64,000 bases of DNA from Epiperipatus broadwayi (Eukaryota > Animalia > Onychophora). The notes under the pieces are model-generated. The model had not been told where the DNA came from and made no database searches. It saw only the letters and a list, made by a program, of their open reading frames with translations. The position numbers were made by a program, and so were the translations under genes. Positions 26,829 through 39,345 of the stretch are shown piece after piece (the first letter of the stretch is position 1; the number at the start of each line of letters is the position of its first letter). The stretch spans positions 13,826,001 through 13,890,000 of the forward strand of contig JAQFVV010000007.1 in NCBI GenBank assembly GCA_028023455.1, in the 5' to 3' direction.

Positions 26829-28330
26829 CTGTAGTTGATTGCAATGCATGCAGCTTGGATGCATGCAGTCTTGTATATGGTTTGGGATATATGTTAAATA
26901 AGGAGTTTAATTTTTTTATGGGTCTAATTATTGGGGGCTAAGTGTGAAACTTATATGATGGAATTGTGAATAAATTTTGGTTAAATTTTTGACAATACTT
27001 GGAATGTAAGGGGGAAGTATCCATGGATTGTCATTTATTGGTGAGTTTATTTTAATTTTATTGGAGAACTTGTTCACTAAATCCTAAGGATATTTTTCAG
27101 TGTTGGCCATATTGGTGGCTTCCTGCTTGCATAGGTGATGGTTTCTATGGAAAAATGATGCAAGGCTGACATATTTATATAGTTTTGAAAAAATGGATTG
27201 TGGGTGCATATACCTATTTATTTCTATTGGTTTAATAAGCATTTTATAATTTAGGTTAAGCTATTTTTTGACACATGTATGCCAAGGAATTTTAACACCT
27301 TTGTTCATCTTCCCATTCAACTGTCCATTTTAATGTAGATTTTGCCTCAAGCTCTAGTTTAATATTGTCAGTTTGTGGCTCTGGAGCCCATATAAATACC
27401 TTGTCATTCTATTAAGATATATGCTCAATATAATGCTGTTTATAGGCAAACCCATTGGCCATTCATTTTCATGTTGCAATACTGTCCATTGTAAATAACA
27501 ATGATGTTTGATCTAGCCAGCTAAGCAGTCTATGATGAAATTGGTCTGCTGCTGACAGTAATTGGACTTAATTAATTCCAACTTTAAGATATTGATAGAT
27601 TGCCTTCTATTGATTGAGCCAAAGAGCTTTGTTATATTTAGGAAAGCTATTTTATTTGGGGCTCTTAATTTTGCACTTTTTGATTTTGTTTATAAATTTA
27701 AATGATTATTTGATGACATATGACCCATACATAACCTTGTTGATCACTTAGCCATTGGTTTATCATTTTAATACTATTATAGTAATCCATTCCACTGAAG
27801 TCTAACAACAGCTTGAGAAGGATGTCTAGCTTATATAATTTAATGTTAGTGAACATCCATGGCAGGAAAGCCAGTGATGGATAAATATTATAATACTCAC
27901 CTTTACCAAAAGTCTTATTGCAATGTTTACACAAGATTTCTATCATAAATCTGTCTTTCTTTCATTTGATATTATAGTCAGGTATAAGATTGAATTTCGA
28001 TTTCCTTTCCCATTTTCTTAAAGTAATCAGTCTTATTAATTAAATCAAACCTGTTTGCTTTCTCTTCTTTTAGGCATATTGTGTTATTATTAGAAAGTAA
28101 CTGTTTAGTGGTATATATTTACCTGCTCTATTCTTCATATTTGTTTTTGATTGGTTTGGTTGAATAGTTTTTGTGATTTTCCAAATAATCATGTTTTTAT
28201 TTGGGTTATCCATGTATCTTTCTTTATGTCTGAAATCAGCTCCATCATTGAATTATTAAATTTGCCTCTGATAAATCTTGGGCTGAGTTCTAGCATAGTG
28301 TCCAAGCATTTGATAGTCAAATTTACAATT
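26829..28330 (-). mobile_element. Decayed Penelope-like reverse transcriptase
   Basis: ICLKEEKANRFDLINKTDY, IKLYKLDILLKLLLDFSG, IAFLNITKLFGSIN (motif A), WPMGLPINS (motif B), LKWTVEWED, PPYIPSIVKNL and DCMHPSCMHC appear in PLE order. No clear GIY-YIG follows. Confidence 0.75.
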
Positions 28331-28369
28331 ACATAAAAAATTTGCTAATTTGGTGAATTTTCAACTATT

Positions 28370-28630
28370 ATGGATTCACTGAATCTGTTCTCCACATCAC
28401 ACCAGAATTTTTTCTTATTCCAGAATTCATTTTACATGTGTTTTAAATCTTTTACAATATTTTGAAATCCAGTTTAAGATTTCAACTGTCCATCTATTAT
28501 TAAGAATTTCTAGCACATTATCCAGCCCATTTTACTTTAAGCCTGTTAATTCTTTTAGTATTGTCAATAGTAACCTCTTCATACTCCATTGAGTGGTCTG
28601 ATGTCTCTGTATTACTCTTATGTTAATTGA
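28370..28630 (-). mobile_element. RTE-clade LINE 3' remnant
   Basis: INRLKVKWAG*CAR..RWTVEILNWI..KR resembles the RTE C-terminal WAGHV.R...RW...+L.W motif. Confidence 0.55.
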
Positions 28631-28710
28631 GAACTTATTGGAATATATATATATATATGATGAGAACTTTTTCATCATTGTACATATATTAAACAAGGCA
28701 AAACTCTCTC

Positions 28711-29500
28711 TGTATCACATTTTAATTCAAATGTGGATTTTTCTTCCTTATCTAATCTTGGAGCAATAAAAGTTACTAAACAAAAAACAATTTTATTCAC
28801 TAGTCTTACATAATTCATACCACCAAAGATAATGTCCACAAAACAATTTAAATCTTGAAGATTTAAATATATGCCAATACATGTATAGTGATGTAGATCT
28901 GAAATGTATTGATGGTAAAGTACACAGAATCTCCCATTGATGTAGTGACTAAGTTCTGCAATAGCATCTCTAAATCCATGTATGTGCTGCGCAGTAACAT
29001 ATTTATTTATAAAAAAATTAAGGCATTAGAATGTCTGGATCAAATATTATTACATAAAATGTGGCAGGCCTTTTGTACCATAAGCCATGGTAAAACAATG
29101 TACTAATATTATATTTTGTTTAAAATTAGTCAAAAGTACTACTGAAAACTTTGAAATGATTCAAACTGTGTATTGCAGTGAAGTCATGATTCATAGAAGC
29201 TTTTTACATAATTTTCAAAATTCCATGATGGCAGAGAGATTATTGAAGATGATCCATAAAGATATAAGATCTAATGTCACATTTCATGTCATGCATTATA
29301 TCCAGACATATAAGCATGTTAATTTTTTTTTAGTGAATAGGTAAATTATATAGCTACAAAATAAATCTTTTGTTTCAGACATGATTTTATAAGTAGATTG
29401 GAGAATATCTACCAAATTAATTATTATCTGAACAATACTAAATAGAGATAAATTCAATATAGAGTATCCAAAGTTAGAAAATACATTATTCATTTAATAA
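28711..29500 (-). pseudogene. Unidentified decayed coding remnant
   Basis: A stop-free run of about 110 codons (CLNFFINKYVTAQHIHGFRDAIAELSHYINGRFCVLYHQYISDLHHYTCIGIYLNLQDLNCFVDIIFGG..) is preceded by stop- and frameshift-broken protein-like text. No family recognised. Confidence 0.4.
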
Positions 29501-29580
29501 TTAGTTTTATAATCTTCAAGTGTTGAGTTATATACAATTATTTTGAAAACCCGACTGACAAAAAGATATGCAATCATTGA

Positions 29581-29770
29581 TGAGTTTTCAAATGAATTGT
29601 CTAAATTTATTATCATGCTAATTTGATATGTCATAAAAACAGCTATTACCAATTTCATTTGAATCTAATGTCCTTGAGTTTTCAAATGAATTGTCTAAAT
29701 TTATTATCATGCTAATTTGATATCAGTCATAAAAACAGCTATTACCAATTTCATTTGAATCTAATGTCCT
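29581..29770. repeat. Near-perfect tandem duplication (93 and 96 bp)
   Basis: TGAGTTTTCAAATG...CTAATGTCCT occurs twice. The second copy has a 3-nt insertion. Confidence 0.95.
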
Positions 29771-30552
29771 TGGGCTTACTAAACACCCGATCAAATATAC
29801 AGTGTTAAAAATATGAACATCCGTAAACAATGTGTCTATATGTTTTCAACAGCTATATATATTTTACTACAGCTTGTTTTAGTTAAGAAAAGTCTAATTT
29901 AATATATATGTGTGTATTATACTTTGTAACACACTAATCATTTTATGTTATATATAATAGAAATACTTTTCAGCTTTGTATTTTTTTAAAAATTGGTGTA
30001 TCCTCCTACAACTTATATCATTTTTTATATCCTAGCAACTTTGTATATTTAATCACATTATCAACTAGTACTTGTGAAATTTTTAAAGGTTCTGTCACAT
30101 TTGTTAATCTAAACAATCAGTTAAAAGTTGAGATGTTATAACTGTTTACTGACAAGAAAAGATAAATTATACCTCTCAAGCTTTTTTATCTTTCTGCTCC
30201 ATACCTCCTCCTGATTCAAGAATGTTCTGAAAGGTTTTTCATTTAGGCTTTGTAGTTGTTGATTTTTTGTTTGTTTGTTTATTTGTTTTCTTTTTTTTTT
30301 GTTTGAATTGTTAAGAGGAGCAAGTATTCTGTGAAAATTTATTGAGACAATAAAAATGATCTGTTTAAGTATTTTTGTTAAAATTAGTTTTATTTATTTT
30401 TTTAAAAATAAAATTAAAACAGTAAAGTTATCATAAACTTATATATTTACAAAATTGTTTCATTAACTTTAATTTATACCAAATTATTTTTTTAATAATA
30501 TTTAGAGTTGATTTCTAAATTAGAAGCCAATACATCTACATTATAAATAAAT

Positions 30553-31410
30553 AACCACGTTGTCAGTTGCTTTGAGGGTCATGCTACTTTGGGGGCATAT
30601 AAACGAAAGATTGAATGCAATAAGGGTACTTATGTATCAGATTTATTATGATGAAAGTTGTGGCACAAACAAATGTCGAAATAAACACCGAATTAAACAC
30701 ATTTACAATGTTGTAAAAAGAGAAATAATTAATAGCTTTTATGTGAATATTAGATAATATTCTATCAGGAAAAAGGTGTTATTCAAAATGTTGATATTGC
30801 TGCTAAATTTACATTTAAAGTACGCTGTAATGTTATGAAATAATACTGGAATGATTAATCAATCACTCATGAAAGTAAGATGTATACATGATTTATTTTC
30901 AGCTTAAATTTCTGCTGAGTAAATTATTTTAATTTCATAATCCAGTGATCTAATTTTTTTTTAATATTTGCCAAGTTCAGATGTAAATTTTTTAGAATTT
31001 TTTTTCATTTCTGAACAAAAATATTTTGATATATAATAATAGTTTAATATTAAAATATATCATTTACCTTTGTAATCTATGAAAATATTCATATCAACAT
31101 ATATTTTATAGTTTTTTTTATTACAGATTACGCACTTGAATTTATAAAATAGCAAATGAATATCAACAAATAGACTATGCACATATGGAAGAGTCAATAT
31201 ATTATGACAATCATTTTTTAAAATTCGATACAGAGTACACTGTTAGGTTTCCATTTGATAATAAAACATTAAAATATTTAATCAGTTCAAAGAAATGGTA
31301 ACCAACCATAATCAGCAAAGGAATGCCTGACTAAGAAGTTCAGAAATTAATTTTTACATGCAATTCATCCATATAAATGATTTTAAAAGCTGTCATATAA
31401 AATAGATGTT
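30553..31410 (+). pseudogene. Two-exon decayed coding remnant (about 30553-30874 and 31128-31410)
   Basis: Donor GAAA/GTAAGA at about 30875 and acceptor TTTTTTTTATTACAG at 31127 are phase-compatible. Text: IIFYQEKGVIQNVDIAAKFTFKVRCNVMK*YWND*SITHE-NYALEF, then after a 1-nt shift IANEYQQIDYAHMEESIYYDNHFLKFDTEYTVRFPFDNKTLKYLISSKKW*. No family recognised. Confidence 0.4.
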
Positions 31411-31926
31411 CATAAGGTATTAATTTACCATACATATTTATGATGATATGTGAAGGGGGACTAATATTAACTCACAGGCTTGTCTGATAAAATCTCTGTT
31501 CCAGGATATAATGACAAAATAATTATTAGTTTTTATTGTGTATTGACATATATTTATTTAAATGCTTGTGTGGGTGCTTAGGCTTAACTTTGATACATAT
31601 CTTGGATATATTATTTATATCTAAGCATGTGGAATATAATTACAAGTTTACTTTTTAAGTTGGCACAAAATATTATATTGCTTTATTAAATATTTCTCTT
31701 TATCACATTGTTATTAATGCATAAATAGAATATTGTATTATTGTTTGGCATTTTTTATGTATGTAATGTGATGTGTTCTTGTTGTTCTTTATAATTTCAG
31801 CTATCAAACAAATTTCTTGGACAATATGATTGATGAATGTATTGTATTGCTTATTTTATATATAAGCATATCTTATATACATATAATATTCAAATATAAG
31901 TATATTGTCTATACTAAACTAATGTA

Positions 31927-32154
31927 ATTAGAAGGGACATGAACTCTGACATTCAAGCTCCCGACACCTATGCGCTTCATTTTATACAACTGATACACAT
32001 GACACATACATGTGAAAAAGATAAATGATCTCCAATAAATATGTGAATTGGAGATCTTTTTTTTTCACATGTATTTTGTCATGTGTATAAATTGTATAAA
32101 ATGGATTGTATAGTTGTAGGGATCTTGAAAGTCTGAATTCAAGTCCATTCTAAT
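31927..32154. repeat. Imperfect palindrome (arms of about 110 bp, ~10-nt loop), MITE-like or fold-back
   Basis: 31927-32036 aligns to the reverse complement of 32047-32154, e.g. GATCTCCAAT/ATTGGAGATC and CATGTGAAAAA/TTTTTCACATG. Confidence 0.9.
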
Positions 32155-34130
32155 AAATGTTTATAAGGCATATAAATACATAGATGTGTTGCATGTATAT
32201 CTACATATGTAGAACATTGATAAAAAATTATATTTATGAATATATATTAAAAGCTTAAAGCTAATCTAATCAAAATTAGCCCCTATTCACAACTCAACTA
32301 CACTATTAATTTTGATGAAACTAAGGTTGTCTTTTCTGAGAAAAATGAAATAAAAATATTAAAAAATCTTTATTATCAAAAATTTATGATTCTGAAGCAA
32401 TTAATTTATTTAAAAGTTATTTTAATATTAATGGTGTATGAGAAATAAGTGGAAATGTAAATAATGTCTAGTTTAAATATGTTGTTATTTTGTAGTTCTT
32501 TACACTTGATCAGTCTGATTATAATGGTGAAATCTTTGGTAGTGTTTTAGAGTTTATTTTCTTGGCTAGTCTGATTGACTTGTGAATTAGGGGTAATTTT
32601 AATTTTGAATATATATATGTGCATTTATAAGCAATATAATAAATTTATCAATTATAGGACTGAAAATAACTTCTAGACAATCAAAATGGTAAGGAATAAC
32701 AATAATAAAAAGCCTTGTCTAAAATAAAAAAGGAAAAGGAAGAACATGATTGCTTTATACTGAATAGAAAAAAAAGTAAAATGTGAAATGTAATATATTT
32801 TATGTTTTGATTCATATTATTTTAACTTTTTTCTAATATGAGCATTTATACAAAATACTTCATCAATTATTATTTTTAAAAAAATAAACAAATTTCATTT
32901 TAAGTTTATTATATGCTTTGTTTAACTTTCTCTGTTTGTGGGTCTCTCTCTTTCTCTCTCTCTTATGAAATTTTATAACTCAATTTTCCTCCAATGAATA
33001 AACTTTGAACTGAATGAAATTTTGCATAAATATATATATATTCCCAATAACAATATATTTTTTTAGTGTTTGCAAACAATTTTAGCAAATTATATTGTAA
33101 AAAATAACATTTTATATTGGATTGAATACTCTTTATAGTATTGCCATCTGGAAGAAATATTGTATAGAAAGTTTCTTAATTTCTAATTTCTGAAACTATA
33201 TAAAAATTAAAAAGTAGAAAATAAAACAAAGAGAAAAAATGTCATTCACATAAATGCATTAAAATTTATAATAAAAAAAAATGCATTAGAAAATAAAAAA
33301 TAGATTTTAATTATTTTTCTCAAATTATCAATATTGTGCAACCAAAATGAAAATGAGCAATACTTTCTAAAATTAATTATCATATGCTTTTATGCTGATC
33401 ATACAATATCAAAAATTCCATAAAACTGATGAAAATTTATTATTTTATTTTTTAGTATTTTTCTTATTATTTTAGTGTATTTATACAAATAATAAAATTT
33501 CTTTAATTTTTTATTCTTTAATTGTATGTATTTATGCATTCTTTATTTAAACTCCATCTTATTACAATCAGCCACCCATGTCTGATAAGGACTGTTTTCT
33601 AACACCTTTTGAATAGCCATTCAACTTTCTTTTCAGACCAAATATCTGTAATGGATATAACAAACTACTTGAAGATTAGACATATTTTAAACTAAAACAG
33701 TTCTAAATAATCAGTTTAATAGAACTTTATATTATGTATTCATTTATAGACTTAGTCAAAAATTACACATCAATCGACTGAATGTGTAAAATAGCAATTA
33801 ATATCAATGGCCAGTTTAATATACTTAAGGCTCTACCAGTGTGGCAATTTTTAGTATTTTTCTTGCTATAAGCTTTCAACGTTAATTTTAATATTAAACT
33901 GTATATATCAGAATATTTTTGTTTTGAAGTGAAACAAATTCTAAAAAATCACATTAATATTGAAAAAAATAGATTGTAATCAAAACAAAAAAAACATCTC
34001 ATCACTTTTTTTATTTGATGTTTGTATTTAAAATGTGAATGAATAAATATCAATATCTGATATATCAATCAAATTATGCTTTAAACATTTAAAATTTGTT
34101 ACTGTTTTTTTATAATATTCTAATATATTT

Positions 34131-34718
34131 AATATATAGGGCATATGAGCACAGACTTTCACATGACCCAACACTCTCCACTCTATCTCATTAGCACTGA
34201 TACACTGGAACACATTTATGTCGAAAAGATAGATAATCACCAATATACATATTTCATGCTAAACAAGCAATCATCAGTTGGTTTCAATTATCATCTCTAC
34301 ACATACATAGAATAAGTACTCAGATATATATTAAGATATTCAATCTTCATACTTTAATGGACAGGCTTCAATCTACTCCACACTCCAACTCTTCAACCGT
34401 CCATCCAATTGAAAATATGATGCTGGAATACTTGAAGGCCACCCTGAGGCCAAGATTCTTGTCACACCCATGTTGACCTAGGATCAATATGACCCCTCAT
34501 GTAAGGACATAATCCATTTAATACATGCACAAGGGATAGGCAGACATCTCTATTATGAAATAACTGAAACACACAGGCTTATTATATGCCTGTGTTTATA
34601 TATGTAATATATAGGATATATGAGCACAGACATTCACATGACCCACCACTCTCCACTCTAACTCATAACACTGATACACTTGAATACATATATGTTGAAA
34701 AGATAAATAATCACCAAT
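34131..34718 (+). repeat. Two ~113-bp direct repeats 475 bp apart, distantly related to the 32-kb palindrome arm
   Basis: ATATGAGCACAGAC.TTCACATGACCCA.CACTCTCCACTCTA..CACTGATACACT..GAAAAGATA.ATAATCACCAATA occurs at 34131-34244 and 34606-34718. Confidence 0.9.
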
Positions 34719-35147
34719 AATAAATAATCACTAATATATTCTAATAAACAGTCATTGGTAATGTGTAATCAAAGAACTTGAACAAGTTGTTCCCTTAATT
34801 TGCATTGTTAAAGTTATGCAGAAAAATATAATTCTTCATTTTTAAATATAAAACATTTACATTCAGAATATATATGTAATAATATGCATTTTTGATTTTA
34901 AAGTAATTGTGGATCTTAAATATTCTTGAAAAGCAAGTTTTTATTTTTTCAAAATATTTTCTTGAAATAATATTGACAAGTTTAAGACTTCCAAGGAACA
35001 ACTGAAAGTGATGAATATGGAGTTTAACAGTCTTCAAGTTGCCACATTTTAAATTAATCTGCTACCTTTAGAAATTTTTGGAAATTAATATATTAGACTA
35101 AAATATACATGAATTTTAATGACCAGAAAAAAGTATTTAAAATCTCT

Positions 35148-35159
35148 CGATAGATGGCA
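35148..35159 (+). promoter_or_regulatory. Weak CTCF-like motif (CGATAGATGGCA)
   Basis: It shares TAGATGGC with the two stronger sites and has a retained CpG next to it. Confidence 0.2.
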
Positions 35160-37786
35160 ATACATGCAAATTGAATTTCTCAATTTCTCATGAAACTATA
35201 TGATAGAGGAAGAGTGTAGACATGTATATATGCACTGGTGGATTGTTGCACAGATACAAAAGGCATGTTCTTAAAGACACTGACTGTCCGAGGCTCTGAA
35301 AGTTAGCGGCTGAAAAAAAAGATACATTCTGTGAACCTCATCTAGACAATTTTCCATATGTCAAATAAGCATCAGATTCATAAAAGTTTTTGCTACTTGA
35401 TAACTTACCAATACAATTTCTTTTAGGCATGAGAAAACAACTTAAGTAATAAATAATATTTAAAATTCTTTATGTGTTTATTACCTAATATTTAATCAAA
35501 TCTCCACAGTTCTCTTTCATATTGCAAACTGTGCAAACAAATGAAAAGTTCTTAACTTCTTGCATTAATTCTGGTAAATGTTTTAGTGTCACTATTTTAT
35601 AAAAGAAATGTTATTTTGTTAAATAAATATTCAATTGTTACTATTTTTCTTCTTTTCTGGGTCTAAATACATACATAAAAACATGCTAGGAAATAATAAA
35701 TCCGAATATTATTTTTAAAAAACGATCTTTTCTGTGTGTATTTTTATTTGACCATATATTATATAAGTATTCATGTACTAAATTATTGTTTATATCATAT
35801 ACAGTAAGCCATCTTTTACTGTGATTAATTGTTGCTACAATTAACTATTAAGATTCATTCGAATTTATTAAAATCAACAGCATTTTAAATGATTATAAAA
35901 ATCATAGCAACAATTAAAATTAATTTGTGAATGGAATTCTATTAATTTTATGTTGTATTATTAAACTTGATTTAAATTTTATTTAGCCATGAGGTTAAAG
36001 TCTCAGAACAGAGTTGAGAAGCACAAAATCTAAATATAAAGGAAATATATACACTGCGACAAAAAAAATTCTGCTGGCTAAACATTTTAAATGAGCAATA
36101 ACTCATTATTATCATATTCCTGACAGAAAAAGGCTAAAATATATTTATTTTAACATAATGGTTCATCAATATTTATTTTGTTAAATGTGATCTGATATGA
36201 GAGGGCTGCAAAACTAGCTTGCATTTGGGATCCTCCAAACGCTTGATCTACCACTAAGTATATATATATTGGCCTATATAGTTATATGCATATTTTTTAT
36301 TGGAAGTAAAGAAAAGTTAAAGGGAAAAAAATATTTTTTTTTTATTTTCTATAAATAATTGATTTCTGCAGGTACTTGACCTCAAAGAGAAAAAAGATAG
36401 GAAAAAAAAAATAAAACTACAAAAACTTCATTTAAATGATTTTTTTTTAAAGTATAGTTTAATATGGCATTCAGTGCTTTATTCTCCTGTAAATAAAAAG
36501 AAAAAAAAGAAAAGAAAAACGAAGGAAAAAAACTTAGGAAGCCTATTGAACATTTCATTTTATTTTATTTTTTTACATCCTCATCTGACTACTTTTAAAA
36601 GAAGCTAAAGATGACTTGGTGAGATCTAATCTCAAATAGGTTTTTTCTCCCTGGTAAAAAGTGTCAAACAAATGGGTGGATAAAATTTAAAAATATATAG
36701 TAAAAAAATAAAAAAAGATAACCTTGAAACATGTTTTGTTTATTTGTTTATTATATGTTTCACATTTAAATGTCAAATTGTAGTTTCATTTGAATACAAA
36801 ATTAAAAATTGCAATTGATATATATATATATATTACCTCTTTTATGGGATGAGAAATTTGTATCAGTTTCAACAAAGTCATTCACCAGACATTCAGAATA
36901 CTATGCTTTAGAACTTCACTTCTTTATTAATTAAGTAGTACTTAATTTTTTAGTGTTGAATCTTGATCCAGTATTAGATGAGATGTTTTAGTACTACCAA
37001 CAAATAAACACCAATCTATTTTTTATATTCATATTACGCATTTCTTTAAAATAAAAAATAATAATAGAGAATTTTTTTTTCCTTTCTGAGGAAAAAATAT
37101 TAATAGTGCTCATATACCCTATACAGTATATTATATTTATCTCCAAAAGCATCTTTTGATAAGACACCTGGTGATCAGCAATAGAAACTTACTATTCACT
37201 TCAAACTCTGGATAGTAGAAACTAAATTATTTAATTTTTAATCAAACAGATTATTAATACTTTATCAAGCTTATCTTTCCTAAGCTACAGATGATTCTTT
37301 ACAAAGTAGATCTGGCATGCCTGATATACTCTGCATTACAGACCAATAGTTGACATGGGACAAATGGCGCTCTTGCACCAAATTCTGGATCAGTATTACT
37401 ATTCTTCTTCTTTTTGTTCTGAGTTTTTTTTTACTTTTCTTTCTGTTATTTAAAAAATATATATACTAGGCCCCTGAACAATATTTTTAATGTTGTAGTC
37501 TTACGAATACGTAAGTATCATTTTATCAACTTTAAAAAAAGTAATATTTAATTTAAGATTATAATAGCTCAAAAAATCTACATAAAAACATTTTTGTGAA
37601 CTTACATTGAATACTCGCCTACAGTAGGTATAATATTAACAACTTTTTCTAGCAGTCTATATTCCAGTTTTTTTTTACTAATTAAATAAAGATTTTGATT
37701 ACTGTTATACAATTTTTTCAAATAATGATCATATATTCCCATATCTTGCAAATTAAGGAGCGGTAACAATCACAAATGTCAATTCA

Positions 37787-38085
37787 TTAAAACAGGCAAA
37801 ACTCTTCATACAGTATTGCCATTTAGAGCAAGCCAGAGTAATCAATGGATTCCAGAAGGTTTGTGCATAAAATCTCCATCTAGTGCCCACTCATTCAATA
37901 TCCCCAGTCTAGTTTTTGCCTTGTGGCCTTCATTAGTGAGGAGCCTGGGATCTGAGAGCACTGCGCCTAGATCTTAGTGGCAATATTGTATGGAGAGTTC
38001 TGCCTGTTTTAATAACAGTTATAAGCAAGCATCAAAAATGATGATCATGTGATGTTTATTGGTTTAAAAGACAATTCATGCTATT
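37787..38085. mobile_element. Inversion-containing copy of the hammerhead-bearing repeat family
   Basis: 37787-37975 is the family on the minus strand, with a dead hammerhead at 37901-37942 (CTAATGA..AAAAC-TA-GAC). 37976-38085 is the family on the plus strand. The two pieces overlap as an ~38-bp inverted repeat. Confidence 0.85.
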
Positions 38086-39345
38086 TTTTTGAATTTCTAC
38101 ACTTATAAATATCATATTTAGTTAGGAGTGTATACCTAGATATTTTAGAGTGCATGTCTACAGTTTGATTTTGATATAGAAACTTTGCAAAATAAAATAT
38201 AAGTATGCACTCCCATATTTTGCAAATAGAAACTATGGAATGTTTTGAATTGTAAAATCTGTCTTATATTTATATATATTTCAGTGAATATTTATTAAAT
38301 TGATTTTAAAAATCTCCAATAATATCTATCTCATCTCTTTGAAAAATGATGGATTGTGAACTCACTGCAACTATAAAATTGTGTAGCTAATGCTTTCATA
38401 AGCCAAATCGAAGATAGTTTGTATATTTTAAAATGTATTTAAGTTATTTTTTAAAGTTCAAAGTACTTTCACCTTATTATATATATTTATAAAAGAATAA
38501 GGAATAAACAAAATGAAGAACAAAACTTAGTCATGCATGTAATTATACTTTTTTACTTTTTAAAATATTTTTTATATTGCAATAATTAACAGAATCATTA
38601 TCTGATAGCTTTCAAAAATTAACTCTTTTATAACTCTCTTCTAAAATTATATAAAAAGATTTCTCTAAACGATATTATTAGCTCTTTAAATCTCTCTCTC
38701 ACGAATCAGTGTCTTAATAATACATGATTATGTTTGTAACTGTTTAGTTCTGGTTTGCACTTTATTTTAATTCTGTAATTAAGTTATCATGTAGTTTGGA
38801 AGTAATATAAAAAGTTATTCCATATTTGAGTCAGAAAGTAAAATAAATAGATTAAAAAATTAACAACACATATAAAAACAATTTATTACATATATAACAT
38901 TTAAATGCAGAATGATAATATTCTAAAGAGGAAATGTTTAGTTTATATATATGGAAAGACGTTATGATGTAATAATTAATTTTCATGCAATGACTACAAT
39001 CCAGGATTTGAATTCAACTAAAAATGACATTTTTTTCAGGTTTCAAGAACACTTAGAACTTTTATATTGTATGTAGATATCTAATCATTGGTTGGATAAT
39101 GGGTAACTATTTTTAAATACTTGATAAAATCAGGAAGAAAAACAACGATCTGGTTATAAAGTACATGGAGACTACCACTAAACCCCAATCCTAGGGCTGT
39201 TTTAAATTTGTGAATTTTAGATTTTAAAATAGTAACCTTGGTTTTTTTTTTTTTTTTGCTTATTATTAAACCCAAACTTTGTTAAAAAACATTTTTTTTT
39301 TTACTTGACTCTGTTATTTTTTTTTTTTTGTCTTCATATGTCAAA

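Noticed and set aside
34195-34245. Hammerhead-like text CTGATACACTGGAACACATTTATGTCGAAAAGATAG
   Set aside because: CUGANGA is interrupted by extra bases, helix III is out of register and no stem I partner is present.
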